The notes: generated by a model from the letters alone, not told the origin. A stretch of 34,108 bases of DNA from Bacteroidales bacterium (GCA_035389045.1 DAOORA010000052.1:1-34108), one strand, 5' to 3'. Counted from the stretch's first letter, positions 7,176-18,815 are shown. Made by a program: numbers and translations.

Positions 7176-10100
7176 ATGAATAAATTTTTATTATTTATTA
7201 TTTCATTTGCTGTGTACTCGACATTCACTTTCGGACAGGGTTACATGATCACAGTGAGTTCGGTATTACCTTCAGAGATAACCATTTGCGGTTCGGAAAA
7301 AACAGTAGAGGTTGAAATTTTAAATCCATCGCCGTTTAATCTGAGCAACGTGGTATTACATGTCACCATGCCTGTGGGATTAAATTACCTTGCGGGAACG
7401 GTCAACGGCGCTACAGAACTGAACATCACGACTTTAAACACACCGGTATTTACGCTGGCCAATATCCCGACACAGGGTGTTTCAAAGATATTCTTTAAAG
7501 TCACTGCAAATTGCCTTCTCATGGATTATATCGCTCAGGGCAATTTAGTTTCCATAGTATCGAGGGTCGATTATACAACAAGCAACAATATAACTACCTA
7601 CGACGTCAATTCAGCATATTTGTTTAATGTCAAACAGCCAAATTTATCTATTGTATCCATTACAAATCAAACCTATTCAGGCAATATCGGCGATGTTTTT
7701 ACACGCTGTATCACCATAACCAATGGCGGTTTGGGTGAGTTAGGACAGTTTACTTTCACGCATACTCACGGAAATGGCATACAAGTCAACAGTGTTTCCA
7801 TAGGCACATGGAATTCATCGGGCAATACCGAAACTGTATACATAGCGGGAAACAATATCTCCGGCATAGGAAATAACAACAATATTTTCGAAAATGCGGA
7901 AGTCATCACAATATGCGAAACGATCCAGGTGATGAATTGCGTATCTGTTTTTTCGGATTATGAGGTGAGCTGGGGTTGCGACAGTCAGGAATGTCAGAAC
8001 TCCATATCCACAGCGAATGTAATTTTTCCGAATTTTACCCCCAACCTGATTATTACGCCAACTGCCGGCATTAACTACTGTCTGGGAACCGGCAATGCCA
8101 ATACGCCATCCCTGAGGATCATTAATACGGGTCTTGGTAATGCCTACGATGTTTTCCTCGATATATTTCAATCAACACAAACAACATACAACAGCGGTTT
8201 ACGATCTAATATTGACCCGGCAAGTTTCACGATGCAGGTCAATTCCACTGCACCCGTCAGCATTGTACCAACTCAAACTTTTGCCAATTCGGCACATTAT
8301 TGCTTAAGCGCCAGCCCTAAAGGCAGAGTTTATCTGAATATTCCGACGATCAATGCCCACGACACCGTCATCATACGATGGAACTATTATAACTGTTGCT
8401 CCGATGCCTGCGGCGGCACCCGGGTAATCTCAGGCTGGCGGTACCAGGGAACGTATAAAAGTATTTGCAATAATAGTTATGTGATTCCCAATGCGTGGGG
8501 TTATTCTTATAAGGAACTTTATGGAGACCTGGTTAACGACCTGTCCCCATCTATCATTACCAGCGGGGAAACAAAAAATTTCAGTTTTCTGTTTTCAAGC
8601 TACGGCAATTCCTATCCCTCTACAACGGGTGCACACTGGAAATTTGTTGTAACACTGCCACCCTGCTTAAGTTATGCCGGAAATTTTGTCATCCAGCGTT
8701 ATAATGGCACACAATTCTGGTACCCTGCCACAGTAAACGTTGTCGGGAACATACTTACAGCAACATTCAGCAGCACCCCGCCATGGAACCTGTTCCAGGC
8801 TGTTGTAAAATTCGACCTGGTGGCCAGTTGCGCCAATGCCGGATGTGTTGAAGGTTCCAATACGTTATCCATCAGATCGTACTTTATTCCCAGCGGAAGT
8901 TGTTCCTGCGAAGTGGTTGCCTCATGCCTGAACCTGACTGTTGGCATTATCTGCCCTATTGTCTGTGACGGATTAAATAACAAGGGTTTTACAACGTACA
9001 GAAGCAGTTACGGACTACCTGATAATAATAATGACGGACTGGCCGATGCTCCTCCTGCCACACTGAACTTTAATGCGATCCGCAGGGACAGGGCCATGTT
9101 TGGGGATACCATCACCACATGCTTTGAAAGTACGGTTAGAACAAGTGCCGCTCATCCAAGCTGGAGTTATTTATATGCCATAGATTCCATTATTAACGGC
9201 AACCAGCTGGGTTTTGTAGATGGGTATCTTGAAATCTTCCAAAATTCAACAGGAAACACTTTAACCTGTAATGTAAATACTTCTTCGATAACTACAGCCG
9301 GCAGTACAAGAAAATTCACTTTCGATCTCAGCCCGGTTACATTAATTGCACAGGGACTATTGCCTGCCGGATTCACTTTTAATAACGACGATTCCATTGC
9401 GTTCAGGGTGAGATTTAAAGTCACTAATAATCCCGGCGGCACAGTTATTGACTGTTTTGTCAAAAACAAAATCTATCTCAGCGACATTCCCAATCCAACT
9501 TCGTCTGCCCATAAGTTCAGTTGCAACAACTTCGAAGGGCGTTTTTCAATTGTCGGCTATTATTATACTAATTGGGGCCCGGACAATTTTAACCTGAACA
9601 CCTGTCAGAGTGTTACGATAAGCCAGAATTACTACCTCAGTATCGGGCCTTGCTGCCAGAATTATGCCGGCGGAAATTTGTTCCCTTACGAGTACCGTTA
9701 CTGGTCTCATATTTCAAATCTTAAGACGGTGCTTCCGCACGGTTACCAGTTTATTTCTGCCCGGTTTAACCAGACACGCACTTCGGGCACCAATGCAGGG
9801 TCTACCTCACCATGGATATCCATAACTCCGGCGAATCCCAATTCGGATACCCTGGAGTTCAATGTGGAACCTTACTTTGAAACATTCGGCGGCACGCTGC
9901 CGCTTAGTGATGACGGTTATTATGGGACACTTCAGATTACTGTTGCACCTACCTGCAATGTAGTGTCCAATATTGCCTCCAATATAAATCATTTATGGAC
10001 CTTCGGGCCATCAGGTTATCTGCTCAATTCCAATACACCCAATACTTCCAACACGTATGGACAGGATATTATTACCTATCAGGGACCCGATATTTTCCTC

Positions 10101-13100
10101 CAATCGAACCTGCCCACTGTTCTCGCATACAACGATGAAGTTAGCTGGGATATCTCCTTGTCTAACACTACTGCCTTCAATGCCATGAATACCTGGTTTG
10201 CAGGAGATCAGACGACAGGGGTGACTATCCTTCAGGTACTGGATCTCGACAACTATGTTATCATTCCACCGGTAGGCACCATATTTCAAATAGGTGTTTT
10301 ACCGGCCAACACCATCAGACATTTCAGGATCACAGCAACTTATGTATCCTGCTTCCCTACTCAAATGAATCTGTATGCCGGCTGGAACTGCAACGCCGGA
10401 TACCCGGCAACCATCGACGCATATCCATGCACCCCCGATGTGATCGTGCTGTCCCTTGAACCTCAGGTTCCCAACCTTATTGCAAACGTCACCAGCCCCG
10501 GCGGCACTGTCGACTTGTGTGACACTGCTACCTATATTGTTGAAGGTATCAATGTGCAACTGGGCACTGCCTATGACCTGGAACTCAAAGTGATCCTGCC
10601 CATTGGCGTCTCAATAATACCGGGCTCCTGCATGATAAGTTATCCGGCCGGGGCGCCTTATGCGGGCATACCGGATCCTGCATTTATTTCAGGCACACAA
10701 TGGAAGTGGGATATTTCTGCACTCAATGCAATGATAGGCGCCGACGGATTACCAGGCATACTCGACACACTGCATAATTCGGTCAAAATATCCTTCAAAG
10801 TTATCACTACCTGTGCCTATACATCAGGAAGCACGATAGGATTCAACTTTCACGGACAAAGCCATTGCGGTAATCTGACAGGACAAGAAATTACGATGTC
10901 TTCACAACTCGGCATAACCGGCGCTACAGCCCCATACCTGACCGAAATATTCATCAATACTTCTTATGTTTCACCCTGTGCATACAATAACACCCATTTA
11001 AGAGTCAAAATCATTAATGACGGACTTTTATCCTTCGGTTTAACCGATTCTATCCGCCTTAAAATGCCTGACGGCATCTTTTATACTCCCAATTCTTTTG
11101 GATCAGTATATAATGCTCCCGTTAATCCCTTACCGCATACGTATATGCTCAATGGCCAGCAATATGTAGTATGGAAACTTCCACCAAATACCCAAATGGG
11201 CGATAGTGTCGTTTTCGATATAAGTTATTATTGTAATCCTGATGTGGTAAAGTGCGGAATTTATTATATTGATGCCCTGACTTACAGCTCCAGGAACTTA
11301 CTGTGCCAGCTTACAGGACTTAATTGTGATATCATGGTGGGAACAGGAAGTGCAGAGATACCCCTCTATATTTATAAATCCTACCTTACCCTGTCGGATG
11401 CTTATGCTTATGCTATTCCCAACAGCCCTGCAGATGAAACAGTATATACAGCCTATACGATCTCGAATAACGGGGAATCCATAATAGCAAACCATACGGT
11501 ATACCTGAGCTATTTCTTCGACGCCGAAGGAAATCATATACTTTCGCCGGCAGATGTTTTTTTAGGCGCTGACTCAATAAATGTATTTATTGATACCAAT
11601 TCCGTCAATCCCTTCACATCACATTTCAATGCACCCGTCGGCACTTCGTGCAGGCTGATCTTTGTGCTCGATACAACAATCAATCCCTGTATTTGCGAGA
11701 TGAACCAGCAATTTGCCAGTGCAGGTCTTTTGAATGCAGGAGATGATACCTCTATATGTTCCGGACAATCTATTTATATCGGGATGCCGGCCGCCAACGG
11801 ATATTCTTATCAGTGGCAGCCAGGCACAGGGTTAAGCAATCCATCGTCATCCAGACCACTATTAACTCTTGTCAATAACGGTTCTTCGCCGGATACACTG
11901 ACTTATATTCTCACCACAAACCGGATTAACTGTACGACAAAAGATACTATCGAAATTATTGTTTTCCCTCTTCCCATCCCTGATGCAGGAACCGATCAGG
12001 ACATCGGAGCCTGCCCGACAGCGTTAAATGCCAACCTTAACGGCAGTGCAACCGGGACCGGACCGTTCACTTATTCGTGGTCACCGGCTTCCGGACTGAA
12101 TAATGCCGGCATAGCCAATCCGGTGGCAGACCCCGCGGCAACCACCGCATATACACTTACAGTGACGGATAATTACGGATGTTCCAACACTGATAGTACC
12201 CTGATCACTGTAAATCCCCTGCCTGGTGCAAATGCCGGCAATGACCAGCATATCGGCACATGCACTAATGCAGCCAATGCCAACCTGACAGGCACAGGAA
12301 CCGGTACAGCGCCACTAACCTATTCATGGTTGCCCGTTGCAGGACTGAACAATGCGAATAGTTCCAACCCGGTGGCTGATCCGGCGGCAACAACAACCTA
12401 TACACTTACCGTTACGGATAACTATGGCTGTACTGCAACGGATGCCGTTACCATCACAGTCGACCCATTGCCAACAGCCAATGCCGGGGCAGACCATCAC
12501 ATCGGTACATGTTCCAATGCACCAAACGCAAACATAAATGGCTCAGGTACAGGAACATCACCATTAACCTATTCCTGGTTGCCTGTAACAGGCTTAAGCA
12601 ATTCAGGTATTGCTAACCCCATTGCCTATCCTGCGGTTACCACCACATATACACTGATGGTCACGGATACCTATGGTTGCACAGCTTCCGATGCAGTTAT
12701 AATCACTATTGATCCGCTGCCGGTGATTAATGCAGGCGCCGATCAGAACATAGGAGCCTGCTCAAACGCTGCAAATGCCAATATTAACGCTGTTGCAACA
12801 GGCACCTCTCCATTTACCTATACGTGGGCCCCTGTCAATGGATTAAGCAATCCGAATAGTGCAAGTCCTGTTGCTGATCCAACGGCAACAACCACGTATA
12901 CCATTATGGTTACTGATACATATGGCTGTACGGCAACCGATGATATTCTGATCACAGTGGATCCGCTTCCTACTTCTAATGCTGGCACTGACCAGCATAT
13001 CGGAGCCTGCAGTAATGCAGCCAATGCCAACCTGACCGGTACCGGAACAGGTACAGCGCCACTTACGTATTCATGGCTGCCTGTAACCGGTTTGAACAAT

Positions 13101-16100
13101 CCAAACATTCCCAACCCAATAGCAGATCCTACCGCCACTATTACCTATACCCTGACCATAACGGATAACTATGGCTGTACGGCAACCGATGCTGTTATCA
13201 TCACCGTTGATCCCATGCTAACAGCTGATGCAGGAGCAGATCAGCACATAGGAACATGTTTGAATGCACCAAATGCCAATATGAATGGTTTGGGTACAGG
13301 CACCTCACCATTGACGTATTCCTGGTCACCCGTAACAGGATTAAGTAATTCAGGCATATCCAACCCCGTGGCTGATCCTGCGGTTACCACCACATACACT
13401 CTTATGGTCACAGATACCTACGGTTGCACAGCCACGGATGCCGTAACCATCACAGTTGATCCGTTACCGGTGATTAATGCCGGAGCCGATCAGAACATCG
13501 GAGCCTGCCCCAACGCTGCCAATGCCAATATGAATGCTATTGCAACAGGGACAGCTCCATTCATATATGCGTGGACCCCGGCCAATGGATTAAGCAATAC
13601 AAATATAGCAAACCCCGTTGCTGATCCAACGATAACAACCACGTATACGATTATGGTTACAGATACCCACGGTTGTACCGCTACGGATAATGTTCTTATA
13701 ACCATAGATCCGCTGCCTACCTCAAATGCAGGTAATGACCAGCACATCGGGGCATGCAGTAATGCAGCCAATGCCAACCTGACCGGAATGGGAACAGGTA
13801 CGGCACCCCTCACCTACTCATGGCTGCCTGCAACAGGTCTTAATAATGCCTTTATTGTTAATCCGGTAGCCGATCCGGCTGGAACAACAACCTATACGCT
13901 CACCGCTACGGATAAATACGGCTGCACAGCCACTGATACCGTAACCATCACCGTTGACCCCCTGCCAACAGCTAGTGCAGGAGCAGACCAACACATCGGG
14001 GCCTGTTCTTATGCTTTAAACGCGAATATGAATGGCTCAGGTACAGGTACATCTCCCCTGACCTATTCGTGGACGCCTGTTACAGGACTAAATAACTCAA
14101 ATATATCGAACCCTGTTGCTGATCCCGTCACTACGACTGCTTATACACTGACTGTTACAGACATCTATGGATGCACTGCCACCGATGCGGTGAACATCTC
14201 CGTTGACCCGATGCCCACCGCCAATGCAGGTGCGGACCAGCATATCGGTACATGTGCCAATGCAGCAAATGCAAATCTAACCGGAACCGGATCCGGAACA
14301 CCACCCCTCACCTATTCATGGCTGCCCGCCACAGGACTCAGCAACACCGGTATTTCAAATCCTGTTGCCGATCCTTCGAATACCACTACCTATACACTGA
14401 CTGTCACCGATTTATATGGATGTACGGCTACGGATGCCGTCATTATCACGGTTGATCCTTTGCCTTTTGTAAATGCAGGCGCTGACCAGAATATCGGATC
14501 TTGCACCAACGCAGCCAATGCCAATATTACTGCTGTTGCATCAGGTACCGCTCCGCTTACTTATTCCTGGACACCTGTAATCGGATTGACCAACCCCAAT
14601 ATTGCCAATCCGGTTGCTGATCCCGCAGTCACGACTACCTATACCGTAACAGTTACAGATACTTATGGTTGTACCGCTATGGATGATATTCTGATAACGG
14701 TGGATCCGCTGCCTGGTGCCAATGCCGGTACTGACCAGCATATCGGCGCATGCACTAATGCAGCCAATGCCAACCTGGCGGCCACCGGAACAGGTACAGC
14801 GCCACTCACCTATCACTGGCTGCCTCTTACCGGCCTTAATAATGCTGACATTGCCGACCCTGTGGCTAACCCTGCCACAACAACAACCTATACCCTCACC
14901 CTTACAGATAAGTATGGATGTACGGCAACGGATGCCGTAACCATCACCGTTGATCCCCTGCCAACTGCCAATGCCGGTGCAGATCAGCATATCGGAGCTT
15001 GTTTATGGGCTACCAACGCCAATTTAAGCGGTACGGGTACCGGTACTGCGACTCTTGCATACTCCTGGCTTCCTGTGACTGGCTTGAACATTCCAAATAC
15101 TGCAAACCCCACAGCCGATCCTGCCAATACCACCAATTATACGCTTACCATCACAGATACTTATGGATGCACAGCCACCGATGCCGTTTTAATCACAGTT
15201 GATCCTCTGCCCGTTGTTTCTGTTTCGGCTGATACCACTGTGGTCTGTGAAACATTTTCAGCCGTTTTAACTGCAACCGGTACTTTAACTTATAGCTGGT
15301 CGCCAGCGGCAGGACTATCTTCAACCAGCGGGCCGACTGTGACTGCAACACCCTTGAATACAACTACTTATACGGTTACGGGCACCGATCAATATACCTG
15401 CACGGCAGCGGCACAGATCACCATTACCGTAAATCCCAATCCCATAGTTGTCATTTCACCCCCGGTAACAAGTATCTGTATTGGAAACAGTGATACCCTG
15501 ACTGCAAGCGGAGCTGCATCCTATATCTGGGCACCCGGCGCCGGGCTTTCTTCATCTTCAGGCAGCACGGTTTTTGCCGACCCTGTATCAATAACTACAT
15601 ATACCATAACAGGCAATTCGCTGGGGTGTACAGGAAATGCCACAATAATTGTGACCGTTAATCCTTTGCCGGTAGTCACATTAAATCCTTTCAGTGATGT
15701 TTGTTTCAATGATGATATCCTGACTATGACACAGGGTGTCCCGGCCGGAGGATTTTATACAGGCGCCGGCATTACAGGCAGTGACAATTTCAATCCATCA
15801 ACTGCCGGAGTGGGAACGCATATGATCACCTACACATATACTGACAGCAACAGCTGCGTTAATACGGCCACACAAAACATCACTGTAAATCCGGTGTTCA
15901 GTACCAACAACCCGCAGATAATATGTGACGGTGAAATATACACGTTCAATTCGCACAACTATTCTGCCCAGGGAACATACTTAGATACGCTTTCAACCAT
16001 TCTGGGCTGTGATTCGGTGATAGTTACACAACTTACCGTGAATCCTTTGCCAAATATCTCTATTGAACCGGCCCCCCCCTCGGTTTGTCTGTGGGATTCG

Positions 16101-16778
16101 ATTTCAATAACAGCCCATGGCGCAGTAACCTATATATGGTCTCCCGGCATCGGATTAAGCAACACTATTGGTCCTGAGGTACTTGCCTATCCGACAACAA
16201 CAACAAATTATACTGTTATCGGAAATGATGTGAATTCCTGCAGTGCGGCCCTGGGCTTCCAGATCGTGGTCTGGCCTTTGCCCGTTGTGAACCTGACTTC
16301 GGATACTTCAACAATATGTCCGGGTCATCTTTACGGAATTCATGCCACTGAGGGTTTTGAATCATACAGGTGGAGCAATGGAATGGATCTTCCGGATATC
16401 TTCGTGGATTACGGAGGGTATTTCACAGTACAGGTATGGGACACGAACAACTGTAATTCCTATGATACCATTTATGTTGATGAGGACTGCCAGAGTACGA
16501 TGTTTATACCCAATGCTTTCACACCCAACGGTGACGGTATGAATGATTTCTTTACCATTATTGGGGAAAATATTCTGTCCATCAAAATATGGATATATAA
16601 TCGCTGGGGAGAACTCGTTTTTTACTCGGATAATCTCGCCGATGCCTGGGATGGGAAACATAACGGCAAATATGTCACCCCTGGACCGTTCACCTGGCAT
16701 ATGGAGTTTGAAACATACTATGCAAAAACGGTTTCAAACCGGAAACTCCGTTCCGGAATCGTCACTGTAATAAGATAA
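7176..16778 (+). CDS. Giant secreted repeat protein/adhesin with a T9SS type B (gliding motility-associated, CHU_C) C-terminal domain
   Basis: 3200 aa; signal peptide; Cys-rich beta-sandwich N-terminal half; tandem Ig/PKD-like repeats; C-terminus FIPNAFTPNGDGMNDFF...IYNRWGELVF...WDG...G.VTVIR. Confidence 0.93.
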   Translation: MNKFLLFIISFAVYSTFTFGQGYMITVSSVLPSEITICGSEKTVEVEILNPSPFNLSNVVLHVTMPVGLNYLAGTVNGATELNITTLNTPVFTLANIPTQGVSKIFFKVTANCLLMDYIAQGNLVSIVSRVDYTTSNNITTYDVNSAYLFNVKQPNLSIVSITNQTYSGNIGDVFTRCITITNGGLGELGQFTFTHTHGNGIQVNSVSIGTWNSSGNTETVYIAGNNISGIGNNNNIFENAEVITICETIQVMNCVSVFSDYEVSWGCDSQECQNSISTANVIFPNFTPNLIITPTAGINYCLGTGNANTPSLRIINTGLGNAYDVFLDIFQSTQTTYNSGLRSNIDPASFTMQVNSTAPVSIVPTQTFANSAHYCLSASPKGRVYLNIPTINAHDTVIIRWNYYNCCSDACGGTRVISGWRYQGTYKSICNNSYVIPNAWGYSYKELYGDLVNDLSPSIITSGETKNFSFLFSSYGNSYPSTTGAHWKFVVTLPPCLSYAGNFVIQRYNGTQFWYPATVNVVGNILTATFSSTPPWNLFQAVVKFDLVASCANAGCVEGSNTLSIRSYFIPSGSCSCEVVASCLNLTVGIICPIVCDGLNNKGFTTYRSSYGLPDNNNDGLADAPPATLNFNAIRRDRAMFGDTITTCFESTVRTSAAHPSWSYLYAIDSIINGNQLGFVDGYLEIFQNSTGNTLTCNVNTSSITTAGSTRKFTFDLSPVTLIAQGLLPAGFTFNNDDSIAFRVRFKVTNNPGGTVIDCFVKNKIYLSDIPNPTSSAHKFSCNNFEGRFSIVGYYYTNWGPDNFNLNTCQSVTISQNYYLSIGPCCQNYAGGNLFPYEYRYWSHISNLKTVLPHGYQFISARFNQTRTSGTNAGSTSPWISITPANPNSDTLEFNVEPYFETFGGTLPLSDDGYYGTLQITVAPTCNVVSNIASNINHLWTFGPSGYLLNSNTPNTSNTYGQDIITYQGPDIFLQSNLPTVLAYNDEVSWDISLSNTTAFNAMNTWFAGDQTTGVTILQVLDLDNYVIIPPVGTIFQIGVLPANTIRHFRITATYVSCFPTQMNLYAGWNCNAGYPATIDAYPCTPDVIVLSLEPQVPNLIANVTSPGGTVDLCDTATYIVEGINVQLGTAYDLELKVILPIGVSIIPGSCMISYPAGAPYAGIPDPAFISGTQWKWDISALNAMIGADGLPGILDTLHNSVKISFKVITTCAYTSGSTIGFNFHGQSHCGNLTGQEITMSSQLGITGATAPYLTEIFINTSYVSPCAYNNTHLRVKIINDGLLSFGLTDSIRLKMPDGIFYTPNSFGSVYNAPVNPLPHTYMLNGQQYVVWKLPPNTQMGDSVVFDISYYCNPDVVKCGIYYIDALTYSSRNLLCQLTGLNCDIMVGTGSAEIPLYIYKSYLTLSDAYAYAIPNSPADETVYTAYTISNNGESIIANHTVYLSYFFDAEGNHILSPADVFLGADSINVFIDTNSVNPFTSHFNAPVGTSCRLIFVLDTTINPCICEMNQQFASAGLLNAGDDTSICSGQSIYIGMPAANGYSYQWQPGTGLSNPSSSRPLLTLVNNGSSPDTLTYILTTNRINCTTKDTIEIIVFPLPIPDAGTDQDIGACPTALNANLNGSATGTGPFTYSWSPASGLNNAGIANPVADPAATTAYTLTVTDNYGCSNTDSTLITVNPLPGANAGNDQHIGTCTNAANANLTGTGTGTAPLTYSWLPVAGLNNANSSNPVADPAATTTYTLTVTDNYGCTATDAVTITVDPLPTANAGADHHIGTCSNAPNANINGSGTGTSPLTYSWLPVTGLSNSGIANPIAYPAVTTTYTLMVTDTYGCTASDAVIITIDPLPVINAGADQNIGACSNAANANINAVATGTSPFTYTWAPVNGLSNPNSASPVADPTATTTYTIMVTDTYGCTATDDILITVDPLPTSNAGTDQHIGACSNAANANLTGTGTGTAPLTYSWLPVTGLNNPNIPNPIADPTATITYTLTITDNYGCTATDAVIITVDPMLTADAGADQHIGTCLNAPNANMNGLGTGTSPLTYSWSPVTGLSNSGISNPVADPAVTTTYTLMVTDTYGCTATDAVTITVDPLPVINAGADQNIGACPNAANANMNAIATGTAPFIYAWTPANGLSNTNIANPVADPTITTTYTIMVTDTHGCTATDNVLITIDPLPTSNAGNDQHIGACSNAANANLTGMGTGTAPLTYSWLPATGLNNAFIVNPVADPAGTTTYTLTATDKYGCTATDTVTITVDPLPTASAGADQHIGACSYALNANMNGSGTGTSPLTYSWTPVTGLNNSNISNPVADPVTTTAYTLTVTDIYGCTATDAVNISVDPMPTANAGADQHIGTCANAANANLTGTGSGTPPLTYSWLPATGLSNTGISNPVADPSNTTTYTLTVTDLYGCTATDAVIITVDPLPFVNAGADQNIGSCTNAANANITAVASGTAPLTYSWTPVIGLTNPNIANPVADPAVTTTYTVTVTDTYGCTAMDDILITVDPLPGANAGTDQHIGACTNAANANLAATGTGTAPLTYHWLPLTGLNNADIADPVANPATTTTYTLTLTDKYGCTATDAVTITVDPLPTANAGADQHIGACLWATNANLSGTGTGTATLAYSWLPVTGLNIPNTANPTADPANTTNYTLTITDTYGCTATDAVLITVDPLPVVSVSADTTVVCETFSAVLTATGTLTYSWSPAAGLSSTSGPTVTATPLNTTTYTVTGTDQYTCTAAAQITITVNPNPIVVISPPVTSICIGNSDTLTASGAASYIWAPGAGLSSSSGSTVFADPVSITTYTITGNSLGCTGNATIIVTVNPLPVVTLNPFSDVCFNDDILTMTQGVPAGGFYTGAGITGSDNFNPSTAGVGTHMITYTYTDSNSCVNTATQNITVNPVFSTNNPQIICDGEIYTFNSHNYSAQGTYLDTLSTILGCDSVIVTQLTVNPLPNISIEPAPPSVCLWDSISITAHGAVTYIWSPGIGLSNTIGPEVLAYPTTTTNYTVIGNDVNSCSAALGFQIVVWPLPVVNLTSDTSTICPGHLYGIHATEGFESYRWSNGMDLPDIFVDYGGYFTVQVWDTNNCNSYDTIYVDEDCQSTMFIPNAFTPNGDGMNDFFTIIGENILSIKIWIYNRWGELVFYSDNLADAWDGKHNGKYVTPGPFTWHMEFETYYAKTVSNRKLRSGIVTVIR
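11979..15215 (+). repeat. 13 tandem 249-bp (83-aa) Ig/PKD-like coding repeats
   Basis: Unit ANAGxDQHIGxC.NA.NANL.G.GTG..PLTYSW.P..GL.N....NP.ADP..TTTYTLTVTD.YGCTATD.V.ITVDPLP; starts at 12228 and 12477 give the 249-bp period. Confidence 0.92.
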
Positions 16779-17039
16779 CGTGAGTTTATAGCAGCCTGGA
16801 TCATCATTTCTCAGTTCAGTTTTGTATCAGCAAAACCGGACATCAAAATCCTTAAATTTTGTTCAGAAGAAAGATGAAAAAGTCATAATGGTTGGAACGT
16901 GTTAATCATTGTACTCAAAAAAATATAAACAGATACCCTGCAAATTGAGCAATGTGACAGAAATAATGCGTCGTAATTATATACCATATTGCATTATATA
17001 AATGTGATATAACAAAATAAGGTAAGCATGATGCTGCAA

Positions 17040-18815
17040 CTATTTAATAACGGTTACTGTTCCGGATTTATTAAATTTATATCCACATTCATCCGTGGAC
17101 ACAATAACATACATATAAACTCCCGACGGGACTGATTTCCCGTTGTATGTACCATCCCATCCTGCAGATGGATCTTCCCAGCGGCATATCAGATTTCCCC
17201 AGCGGTTATAGATAAGACCTTCTATTTCGGACCTGGAAGACAACTCTACTTTAAAAATATCATTGTATCCATCGCCGTTTGGGGTAATTACATTGGGAAC
17301 AACCAAGCCTGAATCTCTTTCCAGGACAGTAATGTTGACCGATGCTGAATCGCTACAACCTTTGATATCAGTTACGGTCACAAAATAGGCACCTGCAGCA
17401 GCATCGGTGACGCCTGTTATTGAGGGATCAGGCAATGAACTGCTGAAGCCATCGGGCCCGCTCCATAAATAAGAATATGTATTTCCGTTAACCGAAGTCA
17501 AATTAATATTCTGCCCGGTACAAACCGGTGTGTTAGCTGAAGCAGCAGCAACAGGGTTCTCATTAACTGTTACGTATACCTGGGCAGAACATACACAGCC
17601 CGATGCATCGGTTACCGTCACAGAATACATACCCGATGCCAACGGCATAGCACCGGTAATGGAAGGATGCTGCAAAGAACTGCTAAAACCATCGGGCCCG
17701 CTCCAATGATAGCTATCTGACAAACCTCCAGTAGTGGTTAAATTGATATCCTGCCCGGCACAAACAGGCGAATTAACCGAAGCCGTGGTACTGGGGTTGC
17801 CGTTTACCGAAACCAACGCCTGAGCTGTGGTGCTGCAACCAGCACTGTCTGTTATCGTTACAGTATATGTTCCGGGCAAAAGCCAGATAGCCGTGGGTGT
17901 CGTCTGATTATTGCTCCAAAAATAAGTGTATGGCGGGGTACCGCCTGAAGCACTGGCCATTGCATAACCGCTACTGTCACCATTGCAGATCGCGTTCGAT
18001 GCCTGTACCGAAACAGACAGTGATGAAGGCTCGGTGACCGAAGTGCCGACCACGGTTGTACATCCGTTGGCATCGGTAACAGTACAGGAATAATAGCCTG
18101 CGGCAAGGTTATTTATCGCTGAAGTGCTGTCACCCGTCGGAGCCCAAGAATACGAATACGGGGGAAGCCCTGTGGTAACAACGACCGTGGCACTTCCATT
18201 GCTCCCGCTGTTGCATGATACATTACCGGATGATATAGTGGCAGTTACTGTCGGCAAGGATATATTAATAAAATCGAGAAAATTCCCCACGGACTGCACT
18301 CCTCCTGTGGCATAAACCGAATTGAACCGCAGACTGTAATTTCCCATACTGGGAATGACATAACTTAAGGTATAATATCCCCAGGCTGTATTCCCGTCAC
18401 CAAAGGTTCCTAAGGTAGTGTAAGTACCTCCAACAGGTCCTATGGAAACACTCATGGAATCAACTCCCGACCTGCCCCGGTGCGCAAACGAAACAATAAC
18501 ATTGGCCCCTGTTCCTGCATAGAAATTCTGATAAAGAGTACTTACCATATTGGCATTTAATTCAATAAACTGATTGCCGGAATAGGCCGGAACACCATTA
18601 AATCCGGTACCCCAAACTTCAATAAGCCCGTCGGTGGCTGTGGTGCTCCAGCAGGGAACAAATGACTGATTAACCAAAGCCATATGCCCGGGAGTTGCAA
18701 CAATCGAATCTTCAAAATCCATATTGCATAAATAATTACATGTTTGTGCATGTAATGCAATATAAAAACAGCCCAACAAAAGATATAAAAAAAGCAAAAT
18801 CGACTTTCTGATCAT
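17040..18815 (-). CDS. T9SS type B-secreted protein with SprB-like and PKD/Ig-like repeats
   Basis: Signal peptide; N-terminal IEVW...AYSGNQFIELNAN jelly-roll-like domain; VSCN..SNGSA...PPYSYSW...AGYYSCTVTDANGC SprB repeats; VPNVITPNGDGYND...IYNRWG...WDG...GTVTVIK CTD. Confidence 0.9.
   Translation of the reverse strand: MIRKSILLFLYLLLGCFYIALHAQTCNYLCNMDFEDSIVATPGHMALVNQSFVPCWSTTATDGLIEVWGTGFNGVPAYSGNQFIELNANMVSTLYQNFYAGTGANVIVSFAHRGRSGVDSMSVSIGPVGGTYTTLGTFGDGNTAWGYYTLSYVIPSMGNYSLRFNSVYATGGVQSVGNFLDFINISLPTVTATISSGNVSCNSGSNGSATVVVTTGLPPYSYSWAPTGDSTSAINNLAAGYYSCTVTDANGCTTVVGTSVTEPSSLSVSVQASNAICNGDSSGYAMASASGGTPPYTYFWSNNQTTPTAIWLLPGTYTVTITDSAGCSTTAQALVSVNGNPSTTASVNSPVCAGQDINLTTTGGLSDSYHWSGPDGFSSSLQHPSITGAMPLASGMYSVTVTDASGCVCSAQVYVTVNENPVAAASANTPVCTGQNINLTSVNGNTYSYLWSGPDGFSSSLPDPSITGVTDAAAGAYFVTVTDIKGCSDSASVNITVLERDSGLVVPNVITPNGDGYNDIFKVELSSRSEIEGLIYNRWGNLICRWEDPSAGWDGTYNGKSVPSGVYMYVIVSTDECGYKFNKSGTVTVIK

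Noticed and set aside
11979..15215. Repeats as a diversity-generating retroelement template/variable pair
   Set aside because: No reverse transcriptase in the window; differences are not adenine-specific and the units are in-frame tandem domains.
12352..15709. Antisense and alternative-frame ORFs in the adhesin repeats (likewise 29697-34055)
   Set aside because: By-products of Thr/Ala/Gly-rich repetitive codons on the coding strand.
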